Part shown: positions 7,718 to 16,472 of the stretch, one piece after another
Numbering within the stretch: position 1 is the first letter of the stretch
How the letters are laid out: the number at the start of each line of letters is the position of its first letter
DNA from: an uncultured Candidatus Saccharibacteria bacterium
GTDB lineage: Bacteria > Patescibacteriota > Minisyncoccia > UBA6257 > 2-01-FULL-56-20
Direction of reading: 5' to 3'
NCBI GenBank assembly: GCA_964483045.1
Contig: CAYZZK010000001.1
Location: 1 to 40,038 of the forward strand
Length of the DNA: 40,038 nucleotides
Notes under the pieces: model-generated
What the model saw: the letters and a program-made list of their open reading frames with translations, nothing else
What the model was told of the DNA's origin: nothing
Databases searched by the model: none
Position numbers and translations under genes: made by a program

Positions 7718-8681
7718 GATGGTCGAGGTTGAAAGAGGTATCTATTTGGCCGGTTAAATCGCCGAATCGCTCTCGGATGAAGTCTTGCGCCACATAGCGC
7801 CTGTGGAGTTCCCATAGTTTCTCAAGTCTAGTCTGGTATGTTTCGGGCCTGGAAATTAGTTTCTCAAAAATCTCAGCCAATATTTTTTGATTCTGATTTT
7901 CTAGTTCGCTGCTTTTCAGGCCGCCGCCTTCTTGGTCCTTGCGGCGCAGATAATCCGATTCTTCAAAAAATCCAATTAGCTGCTGCTCGGGAATACGTTG
8001 TTTAATAAATTTTCGGTCGTTTTCCGTTCTAATTTTGTTTCCTACAGCGAAAAGATGGGTGCTTATGCCAGCGTCTTCTGCGAGGCGATTGTATTGCTCA
8101 AAAACTTCCATGCCCCGCTTGGTTGGCTCAACGACAAGCACAAGAAGATCGAATTGTGCGTGAAGCGTGTTTGCGAAGGCATCGACTCCTGCGACCATGT
8201 CGGTAACCACGGTGCCCTCGTGGTCTAAGAGATGCGAGAGAATATTTTCGAGTATGGCGAGGTTGTTATGATAGCAGCTCGCCCCAATATCGTCGGTATC
8301 GTAGGTTCCTACGATCATGAGTCGCATGTTGCCGTCTTGGATTCCGAAATGCTTTAAAATCGGATTAGCGCTATCCCGGAGAATGATGAAATTTGATTTC
8401 TTGCCGGGAGGTGTAGTTTTGCGAAAGTGGCCGAGCGTTTCGATGCGTTCATTTGCCCCTTTGAGATAGTTTTTAATAGTTTTCACGGCATCCGGGTGGG
8501 AGATATGAAGATTCTCCGATATTTTCTTTGTTATCCCCAAGAGTTCCGGTAGGTGAATATTTAAATCCGCATCGATAACCAAAAGAGGAGCACCGGGGTT
8601 CCGTGTTTTTATATATTCCGCAAAGAGGGCGGAAAGCGTCGTCTTGCCGGATCCTCCTTTGCCGACGAATGCGATTCTCAT
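7683..8681 (-). CDS. CooC/MinD-type P-loop ATPase (putative metallochaperone-like)
   Basis: Deviant Walker A VGKGGSGKTT at the N-terminus, GASCYH in the position of the CooC Cys motif, DMVAGVD switch. 332 aa. Confidence 0.65.
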   Translation of the reverse strand: MRIAFVGKGGSGKTTLSALFAEYIKTRNPGAPLLVIDADLNIHLPELLGITKKISENLHISHPDAVKTIKNYLKGANERIETLGHFRKTTPPGKKSNFIILRDSANPILKHFGIQDGNMRLMIVGTYDTDDIGASCYHNNLAILENILSHLLDHEGTVVTDMVAGVDAFANTLHAQFDLLVLVVEPTKRGMEVFEQYNRLAEDAGISTHLFAVGNKIRTENDRKFIKQRIPEQQLIGFFEESDYLRRKDQEGGGLKSSELENQNQKILAEIFEKLISRPETYQTRLEKLWELHRRYVAQDFIRERFGDLTGQIDTSFNLDHHAKSYSEKKSF

Positions 8682-8771
8682 AGTTTTAGTAGTTTTAGTT
8701 GTAATTTATTTTTTATCTTTTTTACTTCTCTACCCAAGGAAGTTTGTATTGAGTTACGGAGTGGCTTGGTT

Positions 8772-8808
8772 ATCAGACGAAATGCAAGTAATTTGCATTT
8801 CGTCTGAT
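8772..8808. promoter_or_regulatory. 37-nt near-perfect palindrome containing a 7-1-7 Fur-box-like operator
   Basis: ATCAGACGAAATGCAAGTAATTTGCATTTCGTCTGAT. 17 of 18 arm positions pair. The core is TGCAAGT-A-ATTTGCA. Confidence 0.6.
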
Positions 8809-8851
8809 ACTATCCCTATGATAGGCATCTAAGAGCTTCCGTCAAATTATT

Positions 8852-8869
8852 TGCAAGTAATTTGCATTT
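8852..8869. promoter_or_regulatory. Second copy of the operator core, overlapping the fur promoter
   Basis: TGCAAGTAATTTGCATTT is identical over 18 nt to 8783-8800. TAGAAT at 8873-8878 lies 7 nt before the fur ATG. Confidence 0.6.
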
Positions 8870-8885
8870 GGGTAGAATAAAGCTT

Positions 8886-9359
8886 ATGCGTAAAATCTCG
8901 ACGAGTACTAAGTCCGGGTCTAGCCAAGGCGGCGAGAGCTCCGTTACCAAAAAATTTCCGGCGCTTTTGCGGAGAAGTGGCTTTAAGGCTACTTCTTCTC
9001 GGTTGCTCATTCTTAACACTTTAGAGAAAAATCAAAGTCCAATGAGCGCGCAAAATATTATTGATGCCGTGGATACGCAGATGAATCAAGTCACTGTGTA
9101 TCGGATTCTCAAACTTCTAAAACAGAGGGGCTTGATCAAGCAAATCGATTTGCGCCATAATCATGCGCATTACGAAATTGCGAGAGAGGACGAACACCAT
9201 CATCTAATTTGTGTCGAGTGCGGGCGCGTTGAGGATGTGCATGGCTGCGGCGTCGAAGATACTCATTCTTTGGTCATCAAACATTCGAAGCATTTTGCCG
9301 AGATTAAACAGCACGCGCTCGAATTTTATGGAATTTGCAAGTCCTGCAGTAAAAAATAA
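8886..9359 (+). CDS. Fur-family metalloregulator (Fur/Zur/PerR-like)
   Basis: Winged-helix N-terminus; HHHLICVECG and CKSC CxxC pairs. The ORF track starts at a TTG at 8862; the ATG at 8886 is preferred. Confidence 0.8.
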   Translation: MRKISTSTKSGSSQGGESSVTKKFPALLRRSGFKATSSRLLILNTLEKNQSPMSAQNIIDAVDTQMNQVTVYRILKLLKQRGLIKQIDLRHNHAHYEIAREDEHHHLICVECGRVEDVHGCGVEDTHSLVIKHSKHFAEIKQHALEFYGICKSCSKK

Positions 9360-9377
9360 CCACGAGGCGAAAATTCA

Positions 9378-10673
9378 ATGAATAAAATTTATCTTGATTA
9401 CGCAGCTACGACGCCGGTTGATCCCCGCGTTTTGAGGGCTATGCAGCCATATTTTTCGGATACATTTGGGAATCCCAGTTCTTTGCATTCCTTCGGCCAA
9501 CAGGCGGTTGCGGCAGTGGACGCTTCACGCGAATCAATAGCTGGGGCATTTAAAGCTGACTTCCGCGAAACTATTTTTACCGGTTCGGCAACGGAGGCGA
9601 ATAACCTCGCACTACGAGGAGTAGTGCGAGGAACTTCCAACTTCCAATTTCCCCGCCTGCGCCGAGACTTCGGCGGGCAGGCAATTTCCAAAAAAAAGCT
9701 TCGAATTATAATTTCTGCAATCGAGCATGAATCAGTGCGGGAGACGGCGCGCGATCTCGCGCGCGAAGGGATCGAGGTCGTAGAGATTCCGGTTGACCGG
9801 CGAGGTATTATAGATTTGAAAAAGTTGGAGGCGGCCCTGAATGAACGAACAGTTCTCGTTTCAGTTATTTACGCAAATAATGAGATTGGGACGGTGCAAC
9901 CCATCGCGGAAATTTCAAAGTTGCTTAGAAATTTCCGCGATGGGTCAAGGATCAAGAATCAAGGGTCGAGGTGGCCGCTTTTTCATACCGACGCAGCACA
10001 GGCGTTCCAGTTTTTGCCGTGTATTCCTTTGGAGCTCGGTGTGGATTTAATGACTATTTCGGCGCACAAAATTTATGGGCCGAAGGGGATTGGGGCTTTA
10101 TATTTAAAAAATCAAAAATCAAAAATCAAAAACAATGGAAGCAGTTGCGTTGCGCCGATTTTGACGGGCGGCGGCCAGGAATTCGGGCTTCGATCCGGCA
10201 CAGAAAACGTTCCTTTGATTGTGGGATTGGCCAAGGCGGCGGAACTTGTGAATGGAGTTCGCGGAAAGGAAGCCCCCCGGATTCGGCGGATTCGGGATTA
10301 CTTTTGGGGTAAACTGAAGGAGATAGACCCGCAAGCCGAGCTTGTCGTGCCCTGCGTCAGTGAAAGCCAAGCATCTTCAAGCGAAAATGAATTTTTGCCA
10401 AACATACTTAATGTGTATTTCCCAGGGCAAAGCGCGGAACAACTTATTACGAGATTGGATCTTCTCGGTGTCGCGGTTTCCTCCGGATCGGCTTGTCATG
10501 CTCGAGCGTCTCAGCCGTCTTATGTACTTGAAGCACTTGGGTTTTCAAAAGAGAAGGCCCAGCACTGCATCCGTTTCAGTTTCGGGCGGCAGACTACGCA
10601 GGCGCATATAAGCCTCGCTCTCAAAAAGATCACCGCGGCACTGGCTCGCAATCGCAGGATTGCCATGAAATAA
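9378..10673 (+). CDS. Cysteine desulfurase (NifS/IscS-like class V aminotransferase) with low-complexity inserts
   Basis: IYLDYAATTP N-terminus, PLP lysine block SAHKIYGPKG, catalytic Cys loop SSGSACHA. 431 aa. Confidence 0.85.
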   Translation: MNKIYLDYAATTPVDPRVLRAMQPYFSDTFGNPSSLHSFGQQAVAAVDASRESIAGAFKADFRETIFTGSATEANNLALRGVVRGTSNFQFPRLRRDFGGQAISKKKLRIIISAIEHESVRETARDLAREGIEVVEIPVDRRGIIDLKKLEAALNERTVLVSVIYANNEIGTVQPIAEISKLLRNFRDGSRIKNQGSRWPLFHTDAAQAFQFLPCIPLELGVDLMTISAHKIYGPKGIGALYLKNQKSKIKNNGSSCVAPILTGGGQEFGLRSGTENVPLIVGLAKAAELVNGVRGKEAPRIRRIRDYFWGKLKEIDPQAELVVPCVSESQASSSENEFLPNILNVYFPGQSAEQLITRLDLLGVAVSSGSACHARASQPSYVLEALGFSKEKAQHCIRFSFGRQTTQAHISLALKKITAALARNRRIAMK

Positions 10674-10754
10674 AAATAAATCTGGCGCGGTAATAATCAG
10701 AGACGTATAATCAGCGGAAAAGGACCGATTCGGAGCGCCGACCTTCAAGAACGC

Positions 10755-12056
10755 ATGAAAAATCATAAAAATAATAATTTTTTATTCGTGGGGACGGTTT
10801 TGGCATCGATTTTCTTGGTTTTGATAATTCTTGCGCCCGCGCCTGCCCATGCGGATGTTCTGGATTTCTTGCGGGGGCTAGTCGCCCCGCTTTTCGGAGG
10901 CCGTACGGCGACTACTTCTCCGGCGTCGTCAACTGTCTTCCAAGCACAGACAAGCCAAGCCCTGATTTCTCTTTATAAGCCGGCAATCGATTATGAAAAG
11001 GCGGTCATTGCGGCGGTCAAAAAAGCTTCGCCGGCGGTTGTCTCAATTACGATTTCGAAGAACGTACCAATTATAGAAAATTGTCCCGGAAGCCCTTTTT
11101 CAGATCTGCCGCCTGAATTTCAGCAGCTTTTTGGAGACCAATTTCCGCAATTTTCGGTACCATGCGAAAAAGGAGGGACTGCGCTGCAGGAGGTTGGCGG
11201 CGGAAGTGGGTTTATCATTTCATCCGACGGTTTGATTCTTACAAATAAGCACGTCGCTGGTGATCCGAAGGCCTCATACACCGTTTTTACGAACGACGGG
11301 AAAAAATATGACGCGAAAGTGCTTGCAAAAGACCCCTCGCAGGATTTGGCAATGTTAAAAATCGAGGCGTCGGGCCTTCCGACGGTTGAACTTGGCGATT
11401 CAGACTCGATTGAACTTGGGCAGACTGCGATTGCGATCGGGAATGCGCTCGGGGAATTCCGAAACACGGTTTCAGTCGGCGTCATCTCCGGCTTAGCGAG
11501 AAGCGTTACCGCCTCCGGCCCCGGAGTCGGCCAGGAGACGATTGAAGGAGTTGTTCAAACCGATGCTGCCATCAATCTGGGGAATTCCGGCGGGCCGCTT
11601 TTAAATCTCCAAGGCGAGGTGATCGGCATAAATACCGCCATTGCTGCGGGCGCACAGAATATCGGTTTCGCAATTCCCATTAACCAGGCAAAACGGGACA
11701 TCGATTCGGTGAAAAAAACCGGCGACATCGAAACGCCGTTCCTGGGCGTCAGATATTTGACGATTTCTTCCGATATCGCGAAGCAGCAAAAGCTGCCGGT
11801 TGACTACGGGGCTCTCGTGCGGGGATCGGATGATGGACCGGCCGTCACACCCGGCTCTCCGGCCGACAAGGCCGGCATCGTTGCGGAAGATATCATTCTG
11901 GAATTGAACGGAAAGAAAATCGATACAGATTATACCCTGGGAGCCGCTATTTCGCACTTTAGCGTGGGAGAAACCGTTACCTTAAAAATTCGCCGGGGCG
12001 GCAAGGATTTGGATGTCCAGGTTCTGCTTGTGAAGCGGCCGAAAACCAAAGAATAA
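10755..12056 (+). CDS. htrA: HtrA/DegP-family serine protease with C-terminal PDZ domain
   Basis: N-terminal TM/signal segment. Catalytic triad context TNKHV, DLAMLK, GNSGGPL. PDZ-like C-terminus. Confidence 0.85.
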   Translation: MKNHKNNNFLFVGTVLASIFLVLIILAPAPAHADVLDFLRGLVAPLFGGRTATTSPASSTVFQAQTSQALISLYKPAIDYEKAVIAAVKKASPAVVSITISKNVPIIENCPGSPFSDLPPEFQQLFGDQFPQFSVPCEKGGTALQEVGGGSGFIISSDGLILTNKHVAGDPKASYTVFTNDGKKYDAKVLAKDPSQDLAMLKIEASGLPTVELGDSDSIELGQTAIAIGNALGEFRNTVSVGVISGLARSVTASGPGVGQETIEGVVQTDAAINLGNSGGPLLNLQGEVIGINTAIAAGAQNIGFAIPINQAKRDIDSVKKTGDIETPFLGVRYLTISSDIAKQQKLPVDYGALVRGSDDGPAVTPGSPADKAGIVAEDIILELNGKKIDTDYTLGAAISHFSVGETVTLKIRRGGKDLDVQVLLVKRPKTKE

Positions 12057-12118
12057 AGATTTTTTGGCGCAAAAGTTTGCGCACGGGCGGAGGAAACTTT
12101 ATACTATAGGAGTTATAC

Positions 12119-14761
12119 ATGGCAAATTTTCATCGTTTTACAATTAAGGCACAAGAAGCATTGCAGAACGCCCAAGAATTGGCGGCAAGCAAAAATCACG
12201 GCGAACTAAAAGCGCTCCATTTGCTGTCCGCGCTCTTGGAAGACCAGCAATCGCTCGTGATCCCGGTACTCTCTCGTTCCGGAGTGAATCTGGAAAAACT
12301 TGATGAGCATATTGAGCTCGAGCTCGGGCGGATTCCGAAAATTATCGGAAACTCAACCGTAGGACAGCTGTACCTCTCACAGGAACTCATGAAGGTGCTT
12401 GACCAGGCCGCAAAAGTAGCGGCGCAGCAGAAAGACGAATTTGTTTCCTGCGAACACATGCTGCTTGCAATTATTGATACGCCTTCTTCCGCGAAAAATG
12501 TCCTGGAACAGTTTGGAGTGCGGAGAGACGCGGCGTTTCGGATACTGGCCCAGCTTCGCGGATCGGTTCGCATCACGGATGAAACCCCGGAGTCGAAGTT
12601 TCAAGTGCTCGAAAAATATTCGATCAATATAAGCGAGAAGGCGAAGGCGGGGAAACTTGATCCCGTGATCGGCCGAGAAGAGGAGTTGCGGCGCCTCATG
12701 CAAGTGCTTTCCAGACGTACGAAAAACAACCCGGTTTTAATAGGGGAGCCGGGCGTTGGGAAGACCGCGGTAGTCGAAGGATTGGCGCAGAGAATTGCCT
12801 CGGGCGACGTCCCGGAACCCTTGAAAAATAAGCAGATTTTGATGCTTGACCTCGGCGCGCTTATAGCCGGCACCAAGTTTCGCGGAGAGTTCGAAGATCG
12901 CCTCAAGGCATTCGTAAAGGAAGTGACCAATGCCGCCGGCCAGATTATTCTTTTTATTGACGAAATCCACACCATCGTCGGAGCGGGCGCCGCAGAGGGA
13001 GCCGTAGATGCATCAAACTTGTTAAAACCGGTGCTTGCCCGGGGAGAACTGCACGCGATCGGAGCGACTACGATCAGAGAATATCAGCGCTATATAGAGA
13101 AAGATGCCGCGCTTGAACGAAGATTTATGCCGATCTTTGTTGAAGAGCCGACGATTGAGGATTCGATCGCGATTCTGCGCGGGCTTAAGGAAAAGTATGA
13201 GATTCACCATGGCTTGCGCATTAGCGATGAGGCAATCGTTGAAGCGGTAAATCTTTCGGCTCGTTATATCACCGACCGGTTTTTGCCGGATAAAGCGGTG
13301 GATTTAATCGATGAGGCCGCCTCGGCGCGGCGCTTGGAAACGGAAAGTCTGCCTAAGGAAATCGACAAGGTGCGCCGAGAAATTACCCGCCTGGAAGTCG
13401 AGCGCCAGGCCTTGAGCAAGGAAAATCCAAAAACTCCCCGGCTAAAGGAGATTGATAAGGAACTCAAGGTTATTAAGGCGTCAAACGATGATCTTTCAGC
13501 GCGGTGGCATTCGGAGAAGCTAAAGTTCGAAACGCTCCATCAGTTACGACAAAAAATTGATGCGTTGCGACGCGAAGCGGAAATTGCGGAGCGCGAGGGG
13601 AACCTGGAACGCGTCGCGCAGATTATGTATGGGGAGCTCCCGCAAGCCGAGAAGGATTTCCAGGTATTCGAAAAGAAAAATTTTGGGGCATCCGATTCCA
13701 AGAGAGGAAAAAAGGAATCCGAACGGTTTATAAAAGAAGCAGTTGATAAAGAGGACGTCGCTGCGGTCGTTTCGATTTGGACGGGAATTCCGCTTCGGCG
13801 GATGCTTGAGTCCGAAAGCGACAAGCTGATCCGGATCGAGGACGTACTTAGCCGGCGCGTAGTTGGGCAGGAAGAAGGCATCAGAGCCGTTGCAAACGCT
13901 CTCCGACGCGCGCGAACCGGGCTGGCGGATGACAATAGACCGCTGGGCTCCTTTATGTTTTTGGGTCCGACGGGGGTCGGTAAAACCGAACTCGCAAAAG
14001 CGCTTTCGGAATTCATGTTTAACGACGAAAAGTCGCTCATCAGGATAGATATGTCGGAGTTCATGGAGCGGCATGCCACAAGCCGACTCATCGGTTCTCC
14101 GCCGGGATATGTTGGGTATGAAGAGGGAGGGCAGCTCACCGAATTAATCAGGCATAGGCCGTACAGTCTTATACTCTTTGATGAAATTGAGAAAGCCCAT
14201 CCGGAGGTTTTCAATCTGTTGCTGCAGATTCTCGATAATGGACGCCTTACCGACGGCAAAGGCAAGGTTGTGAACTTCAAGAATTCCATCATCATCATGA
14301 CCTCGAACGTAGGCAGCCAATACTTAAAGAATATGTCCCGCATCGGGTTTAGCGCAGCGGGGGAGGAAACCGCCAAAGAAAAGGAAGACGAAAATTATCG
14401 CGGCAAAGTCATGGAATCGCTTCGGGAAAGCTTCCGGCCGGAATTTTTGAATAGGATCGATGAAATCGTCATATTTAAGCCGCTCGGAAGAGACGACATT
14501 TCAAAGATTGTTGATATACAGATTGGCTTGATAGCCAAACGGCTCCAAGCCCGGAACATCAAAATCGATGTGGGCGAAGCGGCTCGGGAATTCCTTATCA
14601 AGGAAGGATTTAGCGCTGAATTCGGCGCGCGTCCCTTGAAACGCCTTATCCAGAAAGTTATCCTTGATAAACTGGCCGATAAGATTGTCCGCGGGGAACT
14701 TAAAGATGGTGGAAAAATTAAGGTCAATTTTAAAGCAGATTCCTTGGTCTTTAGTTCTTAG
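12119..14761 (+). CDS. clpB: ATP-dependent chaperone ClpB
   Basis: 880 aa. Clp N-domain, two AAA+ modules (GEPGVGKT, GPTGVGKT) and a long coiled-coil middle domain. AGGAG Shine-Dalgarno sequence upstream. Confidence 0.95.
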   Translation: MANFHRFTIKAQEALQNAQELAASKNHGELKALHLLSALLEDQQSLVIPVLSRSGVNLEKLDEHIELELGRIPKIIGNSTVGQLYLSQELMKVLDQAAKVAAQQKDEFVSCEHMLLAIIDTPSSAKNVLEQFGVRRDAAFRILAQLRGSVRITDETPESKFQVLEKYSINISEKAKAGKLDPVIGREEELRRLMQVLSRRTKNNPVLIGEPGVGKTAVVEGLAQRIASGDVPEPLKNKQILMLDLGALIAGTKFRGEFEDRLKAFVKEVTNAAGQIILFIDEIHTIVGAGAAEGAVDASNLLKPVLARGELHAIGATTIREYQRYIEKDAALERRFMPIFVEEPTIEDSIAILRGLKEKYEIHHGLRISDEAIVEAVNLSARYITDRFLPDKAVDLIDEAASARRLETESLPKEIDKVRREITRLEVERQALSKENPKTPRLKEIDKELKVIKASNDDLSARWHSEKLKFETLHQLRQKIDALRREAEIAEREGNLERVAQIMYGELPQAEKDFQVFEKKNFGASDSKRGKKESERFIKEAVDKEDVAAVVSIWTGIPLRRMLESESDKLIRIEDVLSRRVVGQEEGIRAVANALRRARTGLADDNRPLGSFMFLGPTGVGKTELAKALSEFMFNDEKSLIRIDMSEFMERHATSRLIGSPPGYVGYEEGGQLTELIRHRPYSLILFDEIEKAHPEVFNLLLQILDNGRLTDGKGKVVNFKNSIIIMTSNVGSQYLKNMSRIGFSAAGEETAKEKEDENYRGKVMESLRESFRPEFLNRIDEIVIFKPLGRDDISKIVDIQIGLIAKRLQARNIKIDVGEAAREFLIKEGFSAEFGARPLKRLIQKVILDKLADKIVRGELKDGGKIKVNFKADSLVFSS

Positions 14762-15422
14762 GGCATGCATCTTCGGCGCAGGATGGCTGCTTTTTCCTTT
14801 TTGGACTTTTTTGCTTATAGCGCTTTATTTCTACCTTTTCCCGTTTTTCCAGCCGGTTAAGTTCGTTTTCCATTTTGCCGTGCTTATTTTTTTCATGGCA
14901 ACGATGTCCCCGGGATTTGCGGCTGCTCTTCTTTTCTCTGTAGTCTTTTATTTGCTTTTAGGATTAAAAGATTTCCGGTTTATTGATCGAAGATCCACAT
15001 ACGAAGCGGCTCTTTTTCTTTTTGTAATTATGCTTGCTTCCCGCTTTTATTTCTTTTTTGGCGTTTGGCAAATGACCTTCTCTGTTTTCTATGCGTTACT
15101 TTTTGGGCTCCTCTTTTTCTTTTTAAGTCGCGGGCTTTGGGGATATTCGGCTGCGTCATTCGAGCTCGCTCTCGAGAATCGTTCGCGCGTCTCCCGCTTT
15201 ACCCTCGCGATTCTTTTATGCCAGCTTATGTTCGGGATTGCAGTGTTGCCCCTCAATTTTCTCTATCAGGCGTCGATTTTTTTTATTGTGGCCGCGATTC
15301 TCATAGAATCCGTTTTCGACTATTTATACGGAGCATTAACTTCGCGACGGTTACTCGTCGATTTTTCAATCCTTTTTGTTGCAATCGCTATAATCCTAGG
15401 GTCCGCTCCTTGGAGTTTATAA
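14706..15422 (+). CDS. Polytopic membrane protein, unknown function
   Basis: Several hydrophobic helices. The start is uncertain: the ORF opens at 14664 inside clpB, and the ATG at 14706 still overlaps the clpB 3' end. Confidence 0.45.
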   Translation: MVEKLRSILKQIPWSLVLRACIFGAGWLLFPFWTFLLIALYFYLFPFFQPVKFVFHFAVLIFFMATMSPGFAAALLFSVVFYLLLGLKDFRFIDRRSTYEAALFLFVIMLASRFYFFFGVWQMTFSVFYALLFGLLFFFLSRGLWGYSAASFELALENRSRVSRFTLAILLCQLMFGIAVLPLNFLYQASIFFIVAAILIESVFDYLYGALTSRRLLVDFSILFVAIAIILGSAPWSL

Positions 15423-15589
15423 TTGTCCTCGCAGTGTCTAACATTTTCTGAATTTCTTGAAAACCAAGAGGAATTTGGAATAACCTTTCGTTCTCGGAGC
15501 AAAGTAGGTTACAATAATTACCAAAATATGAGGATTAAGGTCGTTCGCCCCTTATTTTATTGAAGGAAGTTACGCTTTCCACTTGCTAA

Positions 15590-16384
15590 ATGAAAAGAAT
15601 TACTAAGTTGGTGCTTCCGGTTGCGGGATTGGGGAAACGGCTTCGGCCACTCACCCTCAAGACGCCTAAAAATCTCATCAAAGTAGGCGGCAAGCCGCTT
15701 ATTGAATACGTTCTCGACGAAGTGCGCGAAAACGGGATTACGGAGGTGGTGCTTATCACAAATCCTACCCAGCGAGATCGGTTTGAGCGATATGTAGACG
15801 GAATAAAAAAGGGAAAATTTTCGGGAATAAAATTTTATATACGCACACAGAAGATTCTGGGGGGAGACGGCCACGCGCTTCTGCAGGCCTACGACATCCT
15901 TAAAAACGAGCCCTTCGCCGTTAGATTCTGCGACGATATAGTTTTGAGCAACCCGCCCGTACTGAATTCGCTGCTAGATATTTTCTCTTTGGTTAAAGCA
16001 CCCGTGATGCTTTTACAACGCGTCCCAGATGCGTTGGTTCCGCGATTTGGAGTTGTGAAGGTGAGGCGTGTCAAGCGACCTGGCATGCAGGATTTGTATG
16101 AGGTTCTGGACGTGGTGGAAAAGCCGGCGCTCAAAGAAGCTCCCTCGAACCTAACTATTGTTGGGGGCTATGTTATTACCCCGAAAGTGCTCATGAATCT
16201 AAAGAGAGTTGCCGGAACATTGCCGCTTATTACGGAAGATGCGCTTCGGATTGTTACCGCTCTGGAAATAGAACTGATTGCTGGGGGAATGGTCTATGGA
16301 TGGGAATTTTTGGGGACTCGCCTGGATTGTGGTACGCTTGAAAATCTGGCAAAAACTGAAGAATTTATAAAGAATAGAAAGTAA
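15590..16384 (+). CDS. Sugar-1-phosphate nucleotidyltransferase (GalU/RmlA-like)
   Basis: N-terminal LPVAGLGKRLRPLTLKTPKNL (GxGxRxxPxT) signature. 264 aa. Confidence 0.75.
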   Translation: MKRITKLVLPVAGLGKRLRPLTLKTPKNLIKVGGKPLIEYVLDEVRENGITEVVLITNPTQRDRFERYVDGIKKGKFSGIKFYIRTQKILGGDGHALLQAYDILKNEPFAVRFCDDIVLSNPPVLNSLLDIFSLVKAPVMLLQRVPDALVPRFGVVKVRRVKRPGMQDLYEVLDVVEKPALKEAPSNLTIVGGYVITPKVLMNLKRVAGTLPLITEDALRIVTALEIELIAGGMVYGWEFLGTRLDCGTLENLAKTEEFIKNRK

Positions 16385-16472
16385 AATAGCTCGGACCGTC
16401 GCATATTGCCGGATTGCCGGATTATTAATTGACCTTTTCTTTTGATGTGGTATACTTGCCGGATATTGAACA

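Noticed and set aside
9664-9682. A 17-nt near-match GACTYCGGCGGGCAGGC shared between the nifS insert and the tRNA-Gly leader (26331-26349), considered as a dispersed repeat family.
   Set aside because: One mismatch in a GC-rich 17-mer is roughly what is expected by chance among all position pairs in 40 kb on both strands. Two copies are insufficient evidence.
13540-14376. A 278-aa ORF antisense to clpB. Similar long antisense ORFs lie at 31920-32756 in pilB, 18003-18734 and 20271-20780 in the surface-protein gene, 25049-25741 opposite the sigma/anti-sigma genes, and 33639-34151 in pilT.
   Set aside because: Each lies entirely inside, and opposite to, a gene with strong family signatures. Their translations are low-complexity (Ser/Arg/Pro-rich) with no motifs. 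These are typical shadow ORFs.
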